A DNA stretch of 64,000 bases from Octopus vulgaris (GCA_951406725.2 OX597829.1:558001-622000); one strand, 5' to 3'. Positions 36,601 to 54,410 are shown, numbered from the stretch's first letter. Notes: generated by a model not told the origin, from the letters alone. Made by a program: numbers and translations.

Positions 36601-39404
36601 CCACTCCATCTTAACCACTCCATCTTAACCACTCCATCAATAACCACTCCATCTTAACCACTCCATCTTAACCACTCCATCTTAACCACTCCATCAATAA
36701 CCACTCCATCTTAACCACTCCATCTTAACCACTCCATCTTAACCACTCCATCTTAACCACTCCATCAATAACCACTCCATCTTAACCACTCCATCTTAAC
36801 CACTCCATCAATAACCACTCCATCAATAACCACTCCATCTTAACCACTCCATCTTAACCACTCCATCAATAACCACTCCATCTTAACCACTCCATCTTAA
36901 CCACTCCATCTTAACCACTCCATCTTAACCACTCCATCTTAACCACTCCATCTTAACCACTCCATCTTAACCACTCCATCTTAACCACTCCATCAATAAC
37001 CACTCCATCTTAACCACTCCATCTTAACCACTCCATCAATAACCACTCCATCTTAACCACTCCATCTTAACCACTCCATCTTAACCACTCCATCTTAACC
37101 ACTCCATCTTAACCACTCCATCAATAACCACTCCATCTTAACCACTCCATCTTAACCACTCCATCTTAACCACTCCATCTTAACCACTCCATCTTAACCA
37201 CTCCATCTTAACCACTCCATCTTAACCACTCCATCTTAACCACTCCATCAATAACCACTCCATCTTAACCACTCCATCTTAACCACTCCATCTTAACCAC
37301 TCCATCTTAACCACTCCATCTTAACCACTCCATCTTAACCACTCCATCTAACCACTCCATCTTAACCACTCCATCTTAACCACTCCATCTTAACCACTCC
37401 ATCAATAAACTCCATCTTCCATAACCACTCCATCAATAACCACTCCATCTTAACCACTCCATCTTAACCACTCCATCAATAACCACTCCATCTTAACCAA
37501 TTCCATCAATAACCACTCCATCTTAACCACTCCATCTTAACCATCTCCATCCATTAACCACTCCATCTTAACCACTCCATCTTAACCACTCCATCAATAA
37601 CCACTCCATCTTAACCACTCCATCTTAACCACTCCATCAATAACCACTCCATCTTAACCACTCCATCTTAACCACTCCATCTTAACCACTCCATCTTAAC
37701 CACTCCATCAATAACCACTCCATCTTAACCACTCCATCTTAACCACTCCATCTTACTCCATCTTAACCACTCCATCTTAACCACTCCATCTTAACCACTC
37801 CATCTTAACCACTCCATCTTAACCACTCCATCTTAACCACTCCATAACCACTCCATCTTAACCACTCCATCTTAACCACTCCATCTTAACCACTCCATCT
37901 TAACCACTCCATCAATAACCACTCCATCTTACCACCATCTAACCACTCCATCTTAACCACTCCATCTTAACCACTCCATCTTAACCACTCCATCTTAACC
38001 ACTCCATCTTAACCACTCCATCTTAACCACTCCATCTTAACCACTCCATCAATAACCACTCCATCTTAACCACTCCATCTTAACCACTCCATCTTAACCA
38101 CTCCATCTTAACCACTCCATCTTAACCACTCCATCTTAACCACTCCATCTTAACCACTCCATCAATAACCACTCCATCTTAACCACTCCATCTTAACCAC
38201 TCCATCTTAACCACTCCATCTTAACCACTCCAAACTTAACCACTCCATCTTAACCACTCCATCTTAACCACTCCATCTTAACCACTCCATCTTAACCACT
38301 CCATCAATAACCACTCCATCTTAACCACTCCATCTTAACCACTCCATCAATAACCACTCCATCTTAACCACTCCATCTTAACCACTCCATCTTAACCACT
38401 CCATCTTAACCACTCCATCTTAACCACTCCATCAATAACCACTCCATCTTAACCACTCCATCTTAACCACTCCATCAATAACCACTCCATCTTAACCACT
38501 CCATCTTAACCACTCCATCTTAACCACTCCATCTTAACCACTCCATCTTAACCACTCCATCTTAACCACTCCATCTTAACCACTCCATCTTAACCACTCC
38601 ATCTTAACCACTCCATCTTAACCACTCCATCAATAACCACTCCATCTTAACCACTCCATCAATAACCACTCCATCTTAACCACTCCATCTTAACCACTCC
38701 ATCTTAACCACTCCATCTTAACCACTCCATCTTAACCACTCCATCTTAACCACTCCATCTTAACCACTCCATCTTAACCACTCCATCTTAACCACTCCAT
38801 CTTAACCACTCCATCAATAACCACTCCATCTTAACCACTCCATCTTAACCACTCCATCTAACCACTCCATCTTAACCACTCCATCTTAACCACTCCATCA
38901 ATTAACCACTCCATCTTAACCACTCCATCTTAACCACTCCATCTTAACCACTCCATCTTAACCACTCCATCTTAACCACTCCATCAATAACCACTCCATC
39001 TTAACCACTCCATCAATTAACCACTCCATCTTAACCACTCCATCTTAACCACTCCATCTTAACCACTCCATCTTAACCACTCCATCTTAACCACTCCATC
39101 TTAACCACTCCATCAATAACCACTCCATCTTAACCACTCCATCAATAACCACTCCATCTTAACCACTCCATCTTAACCACTCCATCAATAACCACTCCAT
39201 CTTAACCACTCCATCTTAACCACTCCATCAATAACCACTCCATCTTAACCACTCCATCTTAACCACTCCATCAATAACCACTCCATCTTAACCACTCCAT
39301 CTTAACCACTCCATCAATAACCACTCCATCAATAACCACTCCATCTTAACCACTCCATCTTAACCACTCCATCTTAACCACTCCATCTTAACCACTCCAT
39401 CAAT
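33611..39404. repeat. 14-bp minisatellite (CTTAACCACTCCAT)n, ~5.8 kb, roughly 410 units
   Basis: Homogeneous tandem array with an interspersed 15-bp variant CAATAACCACTCCAT. Confidence 0.98.
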
Positions 39405-40147
39405 AGACTTAGCAGTCATTCCACTGTTTCGTTCCATTTTAAATTAATATCAGTTTAATTTCACAATTATTTCCCCCGTCTCCTTCTCTTTAAGAAAAAA
39501 AATACAATGCATAATTAAGCTAATGATTTATTATCAATCACTACAGTTGTAATTATAGTTGATTAATATTTCTCAATCTGCTGCAATTATCATCACGACA
39601 AACACTACGACCGCTGCCACCATTGTAATGGTCGCTGTTGTCATCGTCATCTATTTCATCATCATCACCATCACTACCACCACCATCATCATCGTCATAA
39701 CTCATCACTCATCATCCATCATCATCATCATCATCATCCAGAACAACAGCAGCAGTATTCAGTTTTGTATTTGGCCGAAACATTAGATCGTTGGAATATG
39801 TTTTGTGATATTTGTTCGGACCACTACCATTTTGAATTAGGTCTGATGTCTTGCAAACAACTTGCACATGCAAGTGCTACCTGTCAAAAACTCCGCATAC
39901 CGGATGAACCCAGCAAGTGTATGGGGTCATCAGGAGAGAATGGGCACCGTTTCGGGGCCTACCTCTCGGCGGCATCAATGCGCAGCAGCTGCCCGCTCCC
40001 CTCACTGATATGAGGCCCCGCTTGCTAGATCATCATCATCATCATCATCACCATCACTACCACCACCATCATCATCGTCATAACTCATCATTCATCATCC
40101 ATCATCATCATCATCATCATCATCATCCACAACAACAGCATCATTTA

Positions 40148-40965
<818 letters not shown>

Positions 40966-41109
40966 AATAATAATAATAATAATAATTGTTATTGTTTTTC
41001 CTCGTCATATTTATCATTGTCTTTGACATCTTTGTCTCCGTTATCACCGTCTTCTTCTCCACCACCACTACTCTAATCCCTTCGTCAACATTATTACCAT
41101 CACTACCAT

Positions 41110-41154
41110 CTTCACCACCACCACCGCTACAACTATCATCATCATCTCCTTCTT

Positions 41155-41212
<58 letters not shown>

Positions 41213-41245
41213 CACCGCTACAACTATCATCATCATCTCCTTCTT

Positions 41246-41285
<40 letters not shown>

Positions 41286-41315
41286 CACCACTACAGCCAT
41301 CATCATCTCCTTCTT

Positions 41316-41352
<37 letters not shown>

Positions 41353-41390
41353 CACTACCACTACTACTACTGCTGCTGCTACTGCTGCTC
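41110..41390. repeat. three-unit compound repeat (CAC)n-spacer-(CTA)n
   Basis: CATCATCTCCTTCTTCCACTACTAC occurs three times 75-90 bp apart. Confidence 0.8.
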
Positions 41391-42249
41391 CTTTTGTTTT
41401 CCTCCTGTTTGTCGCCATTACAAATAGAGATGAAGTTGTTGTTGTTATTGATATTCTTGCTCTTGTTATTACCACAATGACAGCAGTAACGGCAGCAGCA
41501 GCAACAGCAGTAGTAGTTGTTGTTGTTGTTGTTGTTGTTGCGCTTGCTGTTGTTGTTGTTATTCCTCATCACATTGTCCTCGTTTGCTTTCTGCTTTTCA
41601 TTGCATATCATAAATTGCAAATAAAAGGCAAACTATCTGCATTTGACACGAGGTTCACCGTTGGCTCGTCAATCATTCGTTGCAATAGAAACCTGAACGG
41701 AATATCCGGGCGTTAATCGCCGAACCACTTCTCCGTCGTCCGATTTCTCTCCAGCCAACAATTAAACAACATCAGCTCAGCCAACCCAACTCAATATTCT
41801 TCTTCTGCCATTATTGTTGTCGTCCTTCACTGCCATTCGGATTCTCGCTTATTCACTCCTGTATCTTGCTGCTGTTTGTGTTGTTCTTGTTGTCGTTGTT
41901 ATTGTTCTTGTTTACGTTCTTCTTATTTTTCTTCTTCATCATCATCATCTTATTCTTCCTCTTCATCTTCATTCTCGTTCTCCTTCTTCCTCCTCATCAT
42001 CATCGTAAACCACCACTACCACCGCCACTAACCCCAACACTACCGCCACGACCGCCACCACAACCACCCTCCTCCTCCCTCTTCTTCTCGTCTCTCCCTC
42101 TCGTCCTCCTCCCCCTCCTCCTCCTTTCTTCTTCTTCATCCATCATTCTCCTTCATCTATCGTCCACCTCCCGCTTCCATTTCTTTTTCTTCTCGACGTT
42201 GGCCGTTGTTGCTGTTGCTGGTACATTTTACTTCGCTACCACAACTTCC

Positions 42250-45313
<3,064 letters not shown>

Positions 45314-45786
45314 CTTTCAGTATCAGTTGAAGCATTACTAGTTAACAGTAATATCCTGCTCCTTCTATTTCTCCTCCTCCTCCCCATCCTCCTCCACCTC
45401 CTTGTCTTCCCCCGCCTCTTCAGCATCATCATGACCGATATCACAGTCGCAATGGCCGTCCCCATCACAATTGCAGACTTCGTTATTTTTTTCTTCCATC
45501 TTTTTTCTGTTTCTTCTCCATCTATTTATTCCTTTTACTGCTGTTGTTGTCGCTTTTTGTTCTAGTTGTCGTCGTCGTTGTTATTGTTGTTGTTGCTACT
45601 GCTGTTAGCAATTCCTCTCGTCTTTATTGTTTTCCTCGCCATTTTTTATTTTCTGTTTCCCAATTTTTCAATTTCCCTATTTCTTTCATAAAATACTAAA
45701 CACTTTAAATTCCTAACGCTTACCTTTTCTCTCCATTATGTCAACTAATCGATATATGAGTTTCAATTTTAAAAATAGTTTCCGAT

Positions 45787-46183
45787 AGACGCAGGAGTAG
45801 TTGTGTGGTAAGTAGCTTGCCTACCAACCACATGGTTCCGGGTTCAGTCCCACTGCGTGGAACCTTGGGCAAGTGTCTTCTACTATAGCCTCAGGCCGAC
45901 CAAAGCCTTGTGAGTGGATTTGGTAGACGGAAACTGAAAGAAGTCTGTCGTATGCATGAATATATATATGTGTGTATATGTTTGTGTGTCTGTGTTTGTC
46001 CCCACAACATCGCTTGGCAACCGATGCAGGTGTGTTTACGTCCCCGTAACTTAGCGGTTCGGTGGAGGAGACCGATGGAGTAAGTACTAGGCTTCGAAAG
46101 AATAAGTCCTGGGGTCGATTTGCTCGATTAAAGGCGGTGCTCCAGCATGGCTACAGTCAAATAACTGAAACAACTAAAAGAGT
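45787..46183 (+). mobile_element. SINE family C, full length
   Basis: AGACGCAGGAGTAGTTGTGTGG head to AACAACTAAAAGAG tail. Confidence 0.9.
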
Positions 46184-46214
46184 AATTCAAACGTGAAATT
46201 GCGTTGTGTCATAC

Positions 46215-46708
46215 TTTTTGCTTGTTTTAATCATGAGACTGCGGCCATGCTGGGGCACCGCCTTGAGGAATTTTTTGTCGAACAAATCAACACCAGAACT
46301 TCTTTTTCTTTTTAAGCCTAATCCTTATTCTGTCAGTGTCTTTTTTTTTGCCAAACCATTATGTTACAGGGACGTAAACACACCAACACCGGTAAACAAG
46401 CAGTTGTGTGACATACACATACATACGCATACACATACACACATCCACAAACACTCACATATATACGACGAGCTATAAATTATATTTATATTTAAAAGTG
46501 AAATAAAAAATATCAATTTTGATAAAAATCCTAGTGGAGGAGAAATGCTTGCTAATGATAGAATTAGTCTCTACAAGACCCACTCAAGGCCCTGGTCGAC
46601 CCGAGGCATTAGAAGAAGACGCTTGTCCAATGTTCTGTGTTGTAGGACGGAACCCGGAACCATTTGACTGGGTAGCAAACAACTTACCACACAACCGCGC
46701 CAGCGCCT
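46215..46708 (-). mobile_element. SINE family C, older copy, tail-to-tail with the previous one
   Basis: GACTGCGGCCATGCTGGGGCACCGCC...GAACCCGGAACC...CTTACCACACAACC. Confidence 0.75.
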
Positions 46709-47592
46709 ATATATACTAATAAATGTTTACATCATAAGAATTTAGAAACTTCGAGAGATGTGAAATAATTCGATTTTAAACAGTGAAACTCGAAACAGAT
46801 AAAACTGTAGATGAAATGAGTAAATATTGGGTTCAGAAACCGAATTTGATAGGAAGAGTTTAAGGCTATCGAACTGAGAAATTCAAAAGATGGCACAATG
46901 ATTAAAAGCTGGTCATGTCTGCAGATGGTTTGGGGTCATGTGCCACTGGCATCCTTCAGCATTTTCTTTCCAACTGAATTTTTTATGCTAATTTTTAAAT
47001 ACTGTTATTTAGAACTTTATCTATTTCGAATTCCACTGTTAAAAAGGAATTCTATGTTTGTGTATGTTACTTCATGAACTCAATAGTAGTCGTTGAAGTT
47101 CTATGATAAAACTACGAGACGCAACTATGAAGTTTCATAATCTGTTTGATGGTTTGATGCTATATCCACTCTATCTATTGCATCGAAATCCTACGCATTA
47201 AAATACAGATATTTACTTATAATGTGCAGTCATTTCTTCCGCAGCATCTTATGCAAATTAAGCAATACAAACATCGTAAGTGTGGAAACAATGGTAATAT
47301 TTGGTCGACAGCTTATGAGGGGTTTGCATATCAGCGTATATTATGCGTATGTTTTTACTGTTTTTCCGTATGCTCTCTTGTCGCCTACCATTTGTATATG
47401 TATTTATGTATGTATGTATGTATGTATGTATGTATGTATGTATGTATGTATTTATGTATGTATGTATGTATGTATGTATGTGTGTGTGTGTGTACGTACG
47501 TATGTATGTATGTGTGTGTGTATGTAAGTATGTATGTCTGCATATATGTGCATATATATATATATATAAAACACTTACATTTATGCATATAT

Positions 47593-47823
47593 ATTTCTTT
47601 ATTGCCCACAAGGGGCTAAACACAGAAGGACAAACAAGGACAGACAAAGAGATTAAGTCGATTTCATCGACTCCAGTGCGAAAGTGGCACTTTATTTATC
47701 GACCCCGAAAGGATGAAAGGCAAAGTCGACTTTGGCGGAATTTGAACTCAGAACGTAACGACAGACGAAATACCGCTAAGCATTTCGCCCGGCGCGCTAA
47801 CGTGTCTGCCAGCTCGCCGCCTT
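47593..47823 (-). mobile_element. SINE D2, full length
   Basis: Reverse complement of the consensus; TSD TACATTTATG(C/A)ATATA on both sides. Confidence 0.9.
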
Positions 47824-48646
47824 ATACATTTATGAATATAGCCATCTATGTATCTTACTTAATGAAAATACACTGTGATAGACAAATTTACGATTGTCTT
47901 CGTCCGGAGATATTTCTTACGGATGTGTTTCCCTTTAAAAAACCCATACGTATCAGAGAAAGACCAAGATCGTCGCAGCAGTGGCTGATGTGAACGACAG
48001 ATGCATTTTCGCTTCTTTGGGCGTTGCCAATGGCATGTAGTCACAGCTGACCGCATGTTTAGACAAAATTTGTCACCTCCGATATATATATATAGGAAAA
48101 TAGGAATAAGCAGTAACTGGTGTTGCGAATAGCCGCCCTACAGAACGAAAATCTGTTAAATGCAACAGAAGTAGTCTTAGGTTAATACATCCATGTAAAA
48201 CCGTAAATAATATAGCCATGTATGTATCATACTTAATGTAAAGCCATCGTAGATGATAAATTTAATATACTATTTACCTGGTATTATTAAGTCAGCAGAT
48301 ATAAGAAATTCCTTATTTACTGTAAATAAATTCCTTATTTACTTATTTCTGAAGTATCCATGGTGACAATTTTCTCATAAGTATGCGGTTGGGTGTGAGT
48401 ACAGTATATTAACAACGCAGAAATGCATTCAGCGTTCGCACCAGTCGCTGCTGGGATGATCTCTGTTTCCCTCCGATATATATTATGGTTTAAAACAACA
48501 TGTCCATAGGAGGTGGCCTTTAGATATGTTTATGATACACAGGAGAAAATGCGAGATGCATATAACGTTTGTTCTGAGATTGAGCATACGATCTAAAATC
48601 TTTCTGAGCAACACATCCAATGAAGAAGCCTCTAGATGGTCATTCA

Positions 48647-48950
48647 GTTTGTTTGTTCCTTCTCGAGCCACGCCTGACTCATAAGGGCCGGTCAACCGGT
48701 TTCTTGCTGTATAGGTTCCCAACCTGGACGGAACGCCGGTCCGTCGCAGGTGAGCTGCGAGATGCAGGAGGAAAGAGTGAGAGAAAGTTGCGGCGAAATA
48801 GTCAGCAGAAGTTCGCCATTACCTTCTGCCGGAGTCGCGTGGAGCTTAGGTGTTTCGCTCATAAACACACACATCGTCCGGTCTGAGATTCGAACTCGCG
48901 ATCCCTCGACCGCGAGTCCGCTGCTCTAATCACTAGGCCATGTGCCTCCA
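48647..48950 (-). mobile_element. SINE family B, full length, (AAAC)n tail
   Basis: Collinear with 9722-10019. Confidence 0.9.
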
Positions 48951-49170
48951 CATGGTAGAAATAACAGCGAAAACCACAACTTTGCCGTCGAAAATAAGCA
49001 AGGACACACTGGATTATGTAGTCCTTGTTATACTAAGTGTGAAAGAAATGACCTGATGGCAGCGACTACAAACCATTTAATCATAAATTATCTTGGTCAG
49101 GGTTGACCTGCGGGTTAAACACCGACAGAAACAAAATCAAGAATAGCGAAAACGACAATAGGAACGATAC

Positions 49171-49237
<67 letters not shown>

Positions 49238-49474
49238 ACTATCACGGTAGCAATATAAAAAATAATAATGATAAACAGCAGAAATAACCACTGACGTGGC
49301 ATGTGGTGGTGATTGGAAGGTTGCCTCACTACTGCCATTGGAGCAGCAACAACAAAAGAAATAACAGCAGGAAACAACCAGCATTAATACTACAACAACA
49401 AAAGGGGCGACAAATGCATATGGTGCAAATAAACAAAGGAATCCAGCAGACTTGGAAAACGAAAAAAGGAAGGC

Positions 49475-49625
49475 GAAGGTATTGTTTTCGTGTTTGTCCG
49501 TGTACAAGGATATCTGAAGAACCGCTGGATGGATTCGAATGAAACTTTCAGGGATGTTCGGTCTGGTGACTGATTAGATTTTGGGGGTAGATCCGGTACC
49601 GGAGGAGGATTCTGGATTATTTGTC
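49475..49625 (+). mobile_element. Helentron/HINE-like non-autonomous element fragment
   Basis: GGTATTGTTTTC-GTGTTTGTCCGT...ATCTGAAGAACCGCTGGATGGATTCGAATGAAACTT...GATTAGATTTTGG..GATCCGG; motif order recalled from DINE/HINE-type elements; single copy here. Confidence 0.5.
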
Positions 49626-49781
49626 ATATGATCACGATCTTACGTTGACTTTCAAGTCTTTCTAAATTATCTCCCTTTAGGCTGTTTTCAAAGTTCTATT
49701 TTCGTTTCTCTATTATTAATTTTACTCGCGTCTCTATCTTAGTAGCAACTGATGGATAAAGAAGTACAGTACGCTTTGCTT

Positions 49782-49814
<33 letters not shown>

Positions 49815-49817
49815 TAT

Positions 49818-49873
<56 letters not shown>

Positions 49874-49904
49874 GTAAGTATTTTTATATGTTTATATATA
49901 TATG

Positions 49905-49937
<33 letters not shown>

Positions 49938-49966
49938 GTATGTAAGTATTTTTATATGTTTATATA

Positions 49967-50011
<45 letters not shown>

Positions 50012-50016
50012 GTATG

Positions 50017-50082
<66 letters not shown>

Positions 50083-50186
50083 AGTATTTTTTGATATTTG
50101 TTTATTGTTTACTTGTATATATTAAGTAATACGTGCAGCATGTTTAGTATATTAATATTATTATTATATTTTTAAAGTTAATTATA

Positions 50187-50326
50187 ACCTCTGACGAGGC
50201 CTATGGTTCTTTTAACATATAAGTATCATATATTTTTTAAATGCCTACAACCCCAATATGTTGACATCTATAGGCAATGAAAATTGGATTCACTTTTGAC
50301 CATAGGCTGAAACAGCTGTAAGAAGT
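50187..50326 (+). ncRNA. hammerhead-like motif with long stem II, in an AT-rich PLE-like fragment (~50090-50530)
   Basis: CTGACGA (50191)-GGCCTATGGT...ACCATAGGCT-GAAA (50309)-CAGCTG-TA; stem I weak. Confidence 0.65.
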
Positions 50327-50552
50327 AGTTTATAGATTTCCATAATTTATAATATGACTTTTAAAATCTGTATTTTTTATTATTGATTTATATAATATTT
50401 TTGTATGCTTTTGATGTTCTCATTTGTAAAATGAATAAATAATATAACATTATTATATCCGTAAGTTGAGGAACAAACTGAATTTGTTTCTCTATTTTCT
50501 TATTTGTATTATGTATTAAATATTATACATACATATTAACACATTACACTCA

Positions 50553-50991
<439 letters not shown>

Positions 50992-51467
50992 CCGCGTTCG
51001 TAATACTTTTTTTCGTTCGGCGTTAACAGCCCTTCTTATCTTGTTTTTCCTTGTCCTGTCTTTTACTGTTTATAATTTGTACTGTCGTTACTGTCCTGTT
51101 TTTGTTAGCATTTTTAACCCCTCTGCGAAAAGATCTCAAACTTTTAATTGATTTGCATTTCAAAGGAAGGAAAGTTTCTTGTCGAAGATTCGTCTCGCTT
51201 TCACATTCGAAATGTAGAGTAGATGAAACCATAGCGACTGAAGAAGGGGTTTTTTTCTTTGTGTTAATTGTCCTGTACTCTATTTTTTTTGTTGTTTAAA
51301 AAAATGTCCAGTTCCTTTGGTTTGTGTCTATGTTTTCGTATCTCATTGTGTTCGACGTTTTTTGGGTGTCCTGTACTCATATATGCGTGTATATGTAGAT
51401 GTAGAGGTAGGTACGTACATATATGTTTATATATATGCATATGTTTTATTTATTAATATATTATTTA

Positions 51468-51518
<51 letters not shown>

Positions 51519-51531
51519 GTATATATATATG

Positions 51532-51606
<75 letters not shown>

Positions 51607-51841
51607 AACACTGTTATGCTCATATCAGGTAGTGTTATTTAACAAAGGAAAGCAATAGGTTTATATTTGTGGGTGTTTTAGCTTCTTTCCTTTTCCTTTT
51701 TCTTTTTCTCATTTTTTTTTTTTTGTCTTGCTATCCAATTGATTACGTTTACGTTTGTTTCGATAGAAAATTCTTATATTACTCTATATATAACTTATAC
51801 TCTTCTCCCACTCATCTTCATTCTTCTCCTCATCCTATTCA

Positions 51842-51892
<51 letters not shown>

Positions 51893-52287
51893 TCTCTCCC
51901 TCCTCTCTCATTCTCAGTTCTTTCTTCATCCGCCTCTGAACAGAAAATTTCAATAAAACTTTAATCCCTCATCATCGTTTTTGATTTTTACTTTTCACTA
52001 AAAAAAAACTACGGTTTCTACTTTCTTCAAACCTTATTGCTCCTCATTAGATTATTTGGCATATATTTTCTCGTTTCTTTTCTTTCATTTCTCTCATTCT
52101 TTTATCTATTAATTTTTTTTTCCTTTCTTTATATATTGCTGCGGGACTACAAAGAGTTTTCTTAAAGAGCATTATATAAAATTTTTGTATGTTAATCTTT
52201 TTATTCTTTAATTTTGCGATACTTTTTTCGTAAGTTTTAGGTTTTGTCTTCGGCTTAAGATGTAGAACATTGACTGAACTAATACGA

Positions 52288-52351
<64 letters not shown>

Positions 52352-52503
52352 TGTATATATGTTTGTATGTATGTATATATGTATATACACATACATAAAC
52401 ATACATATATATACATATATATATGCATGTATATATACCTGTATATATGCATATATACATGCGAATATCTACTTACAAATACACATTTATACAAGTGTGT
52501 AAA

Positions 52504-52558
<55 letters not shown>

Positions 52559-52930
52559 GTGTGTGTGTGAGAGAGTATGTGTGTATGTAAATACGTATAT
52601 ATATATATATATATATATTGCTATTGATAACACATAAAAGAGGGTGCTGCTTTTCCACTCACCATAATGACTGGTACTTTAATCAGGCGAATCTGATGTC
52701 ATCAGACGGTTATCCAACGAGGATCGGGTGCTTCGACCCTGAAATTTAACACTCTCCTATTGGTGGGTCGGAAGAGGTGGCCAAATCACTTCACATCACC
52801 TCCTCTTGGCTTCCTGCTTAACTCCACCCTCTTGCTCCATAACCGGCAAGAGGCACCCCTTTGCTGCCTTTCTCATGTAAATCATGCACCTATATACATG
52901 ATCATCTATTACACACACACACACACACAC

Positions 52931-52989
<59 letters not shown>

Positions 52990-53019
52990 CATATATATAT
53001 ATATACATATATATACACA

Positions 53020-53163
53020 GTTGCAAGCGTTGCTGTATGGTAAGATTCTTTCTCATAGAGATGTTTCCGGGTTCAGTCCCACTACGTGACATCTTGGGCA
53101 ATACCTTTTTCTATAGCCTCGGCCCGACCAAAACCTATGGTGCAACTGATGTGTGTTTGTGTG

Positions 53164-53206
<43 letters not shown>

Positions 53207-53455
53207 TTGTGTGTGTGTTTGGGTGTTTTTGCGCATGTGTCTGTTTTTTCATCACTTGACAACCGGTTCGTTTACGTCCCTGTAACCCGTAAATTAGCAA
53301 TTCGGTAAGAGAAACCAATAGAATAAATACCAAGCTTAGAGAATAAAAATAAAAATGAACAAATGCTGGGATTGATTCGTTCAACTAAAATTTTTTCCGT
53401 GTGATGCTCCAGCGTGGCCGCAACCTGGTGACTGATATAAGTATGAGATAAAAGA
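53020..53455 (+). mobile_element. SINE family C, diverged
   Basis: GCTGTATGGTAAG...CCGGGTTCAGTCCCACT...(TG)n...GCTCCAGCGTGGCCGC. Confidence 0.8.
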
Positions 53456-53489
53456 CCATATATGTGTCATGCCTTCATATGATTAATAT

Positions 53490-53955
53490 CGGTTGTAAAT
53501 TTTTCACAAGGCCAGTATTTTCTAAGTAGGTGGTAAGTCAATTACATTGACCCTAGTGCTCAACTAGCATTTATTTTATCGACCCCGAAAGGATGAAATA
53601 CTAAGTCGACTTCGGCCGAATTTGAACTCAGAATGTAAAGGTGGACGAAATGTTACTAAGCATTTCGTGCGGCATGCAAACGATTCCGCTAGCTCGCCGC
53701 CCTAAATGAGGAACAAATATCAACCATATGAATAAGGCGGCAAGCCGACAGAATTGTTAGCACGCCGGACGAAATCCTTAACAGCATTTTGTCCGTCTTT
53801 ACGTTCTGCGTAGAAATTCCGCCGAGGTTGACTGTGCCTTTCATCATTTTGAGGTTGGTAAAGTAAAAAGCAGTTAAGTACTGGAATCGATGAAGTCATC
53901 TTACTCCGCCCCCCCCCACCGAATTGCTGACGTTGTGGTAAAAATTACAAACCAA
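53490..53955. mobile_element. head-to-head pair of SINE D1 copies (53490-53702 minus; 53734-53955 plus)
   Basis: ...AGCTCGCCGCC then AAGGCGGCAAGCC 32 bp later. Confidence 0.8.
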
Positions 53956-53979
53956 ACTTAGTAACTCATTGGTGTAAAT

Positions 53980-54410
53980 CAGGGGTACTCAGCCACCTTT
54001 TGTTAATGGATCCCCTTGAAATAAATACTACTTTATTCTGTCGGATCTCCATAACTTTTCTGTTTAAAAACTAGTTTTATAGAAACCTCTTTCAAAATAC
54101 CTAGTTTGAACAATGTAAAACATGGTTCTCAGCCATTTTTTTTACCTCTGGATACCTTTGATTACTGTTTTATTCTGGTGGAACCCCATATCCATTTGAT
54201 GTTTAAAAACTAGTTTTATAGAAACCTCTTTCAAAATTCCTATTTTTGTTTTACACACATTAACTTGTGAAGGTTGAACTGTGTAAAACGTTAGAGAAAG
54301 AAACCTAACTGTTTCTTGCAAAACATACCAATACAGACCTCTAAAGCAAATCATTTTCAAGGCACCTTAAAATACCATTGTGGATCTCCAATTTAATCTT
54401 TTAAATCTTA
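53980..54410. mobile_element. two tandem partial copies of the hAT-like MITE
   Basis: TGTTTAAAAACTAGTTTTATAGAAACCTCTT at ~54061 and ~54200; inverted homology to 21232-21576. Confidence 0.65.

Noticed and set aside
33611-39404. CRISPR-like array or true telomere
   Set aside because: No unique spacers, the unit is not TTAGGG, and the array is internal with ordinary DNA on both sides
39922-39960. Type II hammerhead on the minus strand (CCCC-GAAAC...CTGATGA-CCCC)
   Set aside because: The would-be stem II strands are identical rather than complementary
47343-47993. 216-aa ORF and similar SINE-spanning ORFs ([23 protein letters not shown])
   Set aside because: Recurrent peptides are read-through of non-coding SINE C and D consensus, not a protein family
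49512-49546. CTGAAGA...GAAAC hammerhead
   Set aside because: No stem II or stem I pairing; the motifs fall within the HINE-like fragment
52665-52712. Minus-strand CTGATGA-C-ATCAG..CTGAT-TAAA hammerhead-like fold
   Set aside because: The second core box is TAAA and stems I and III are unconvincing; single copy
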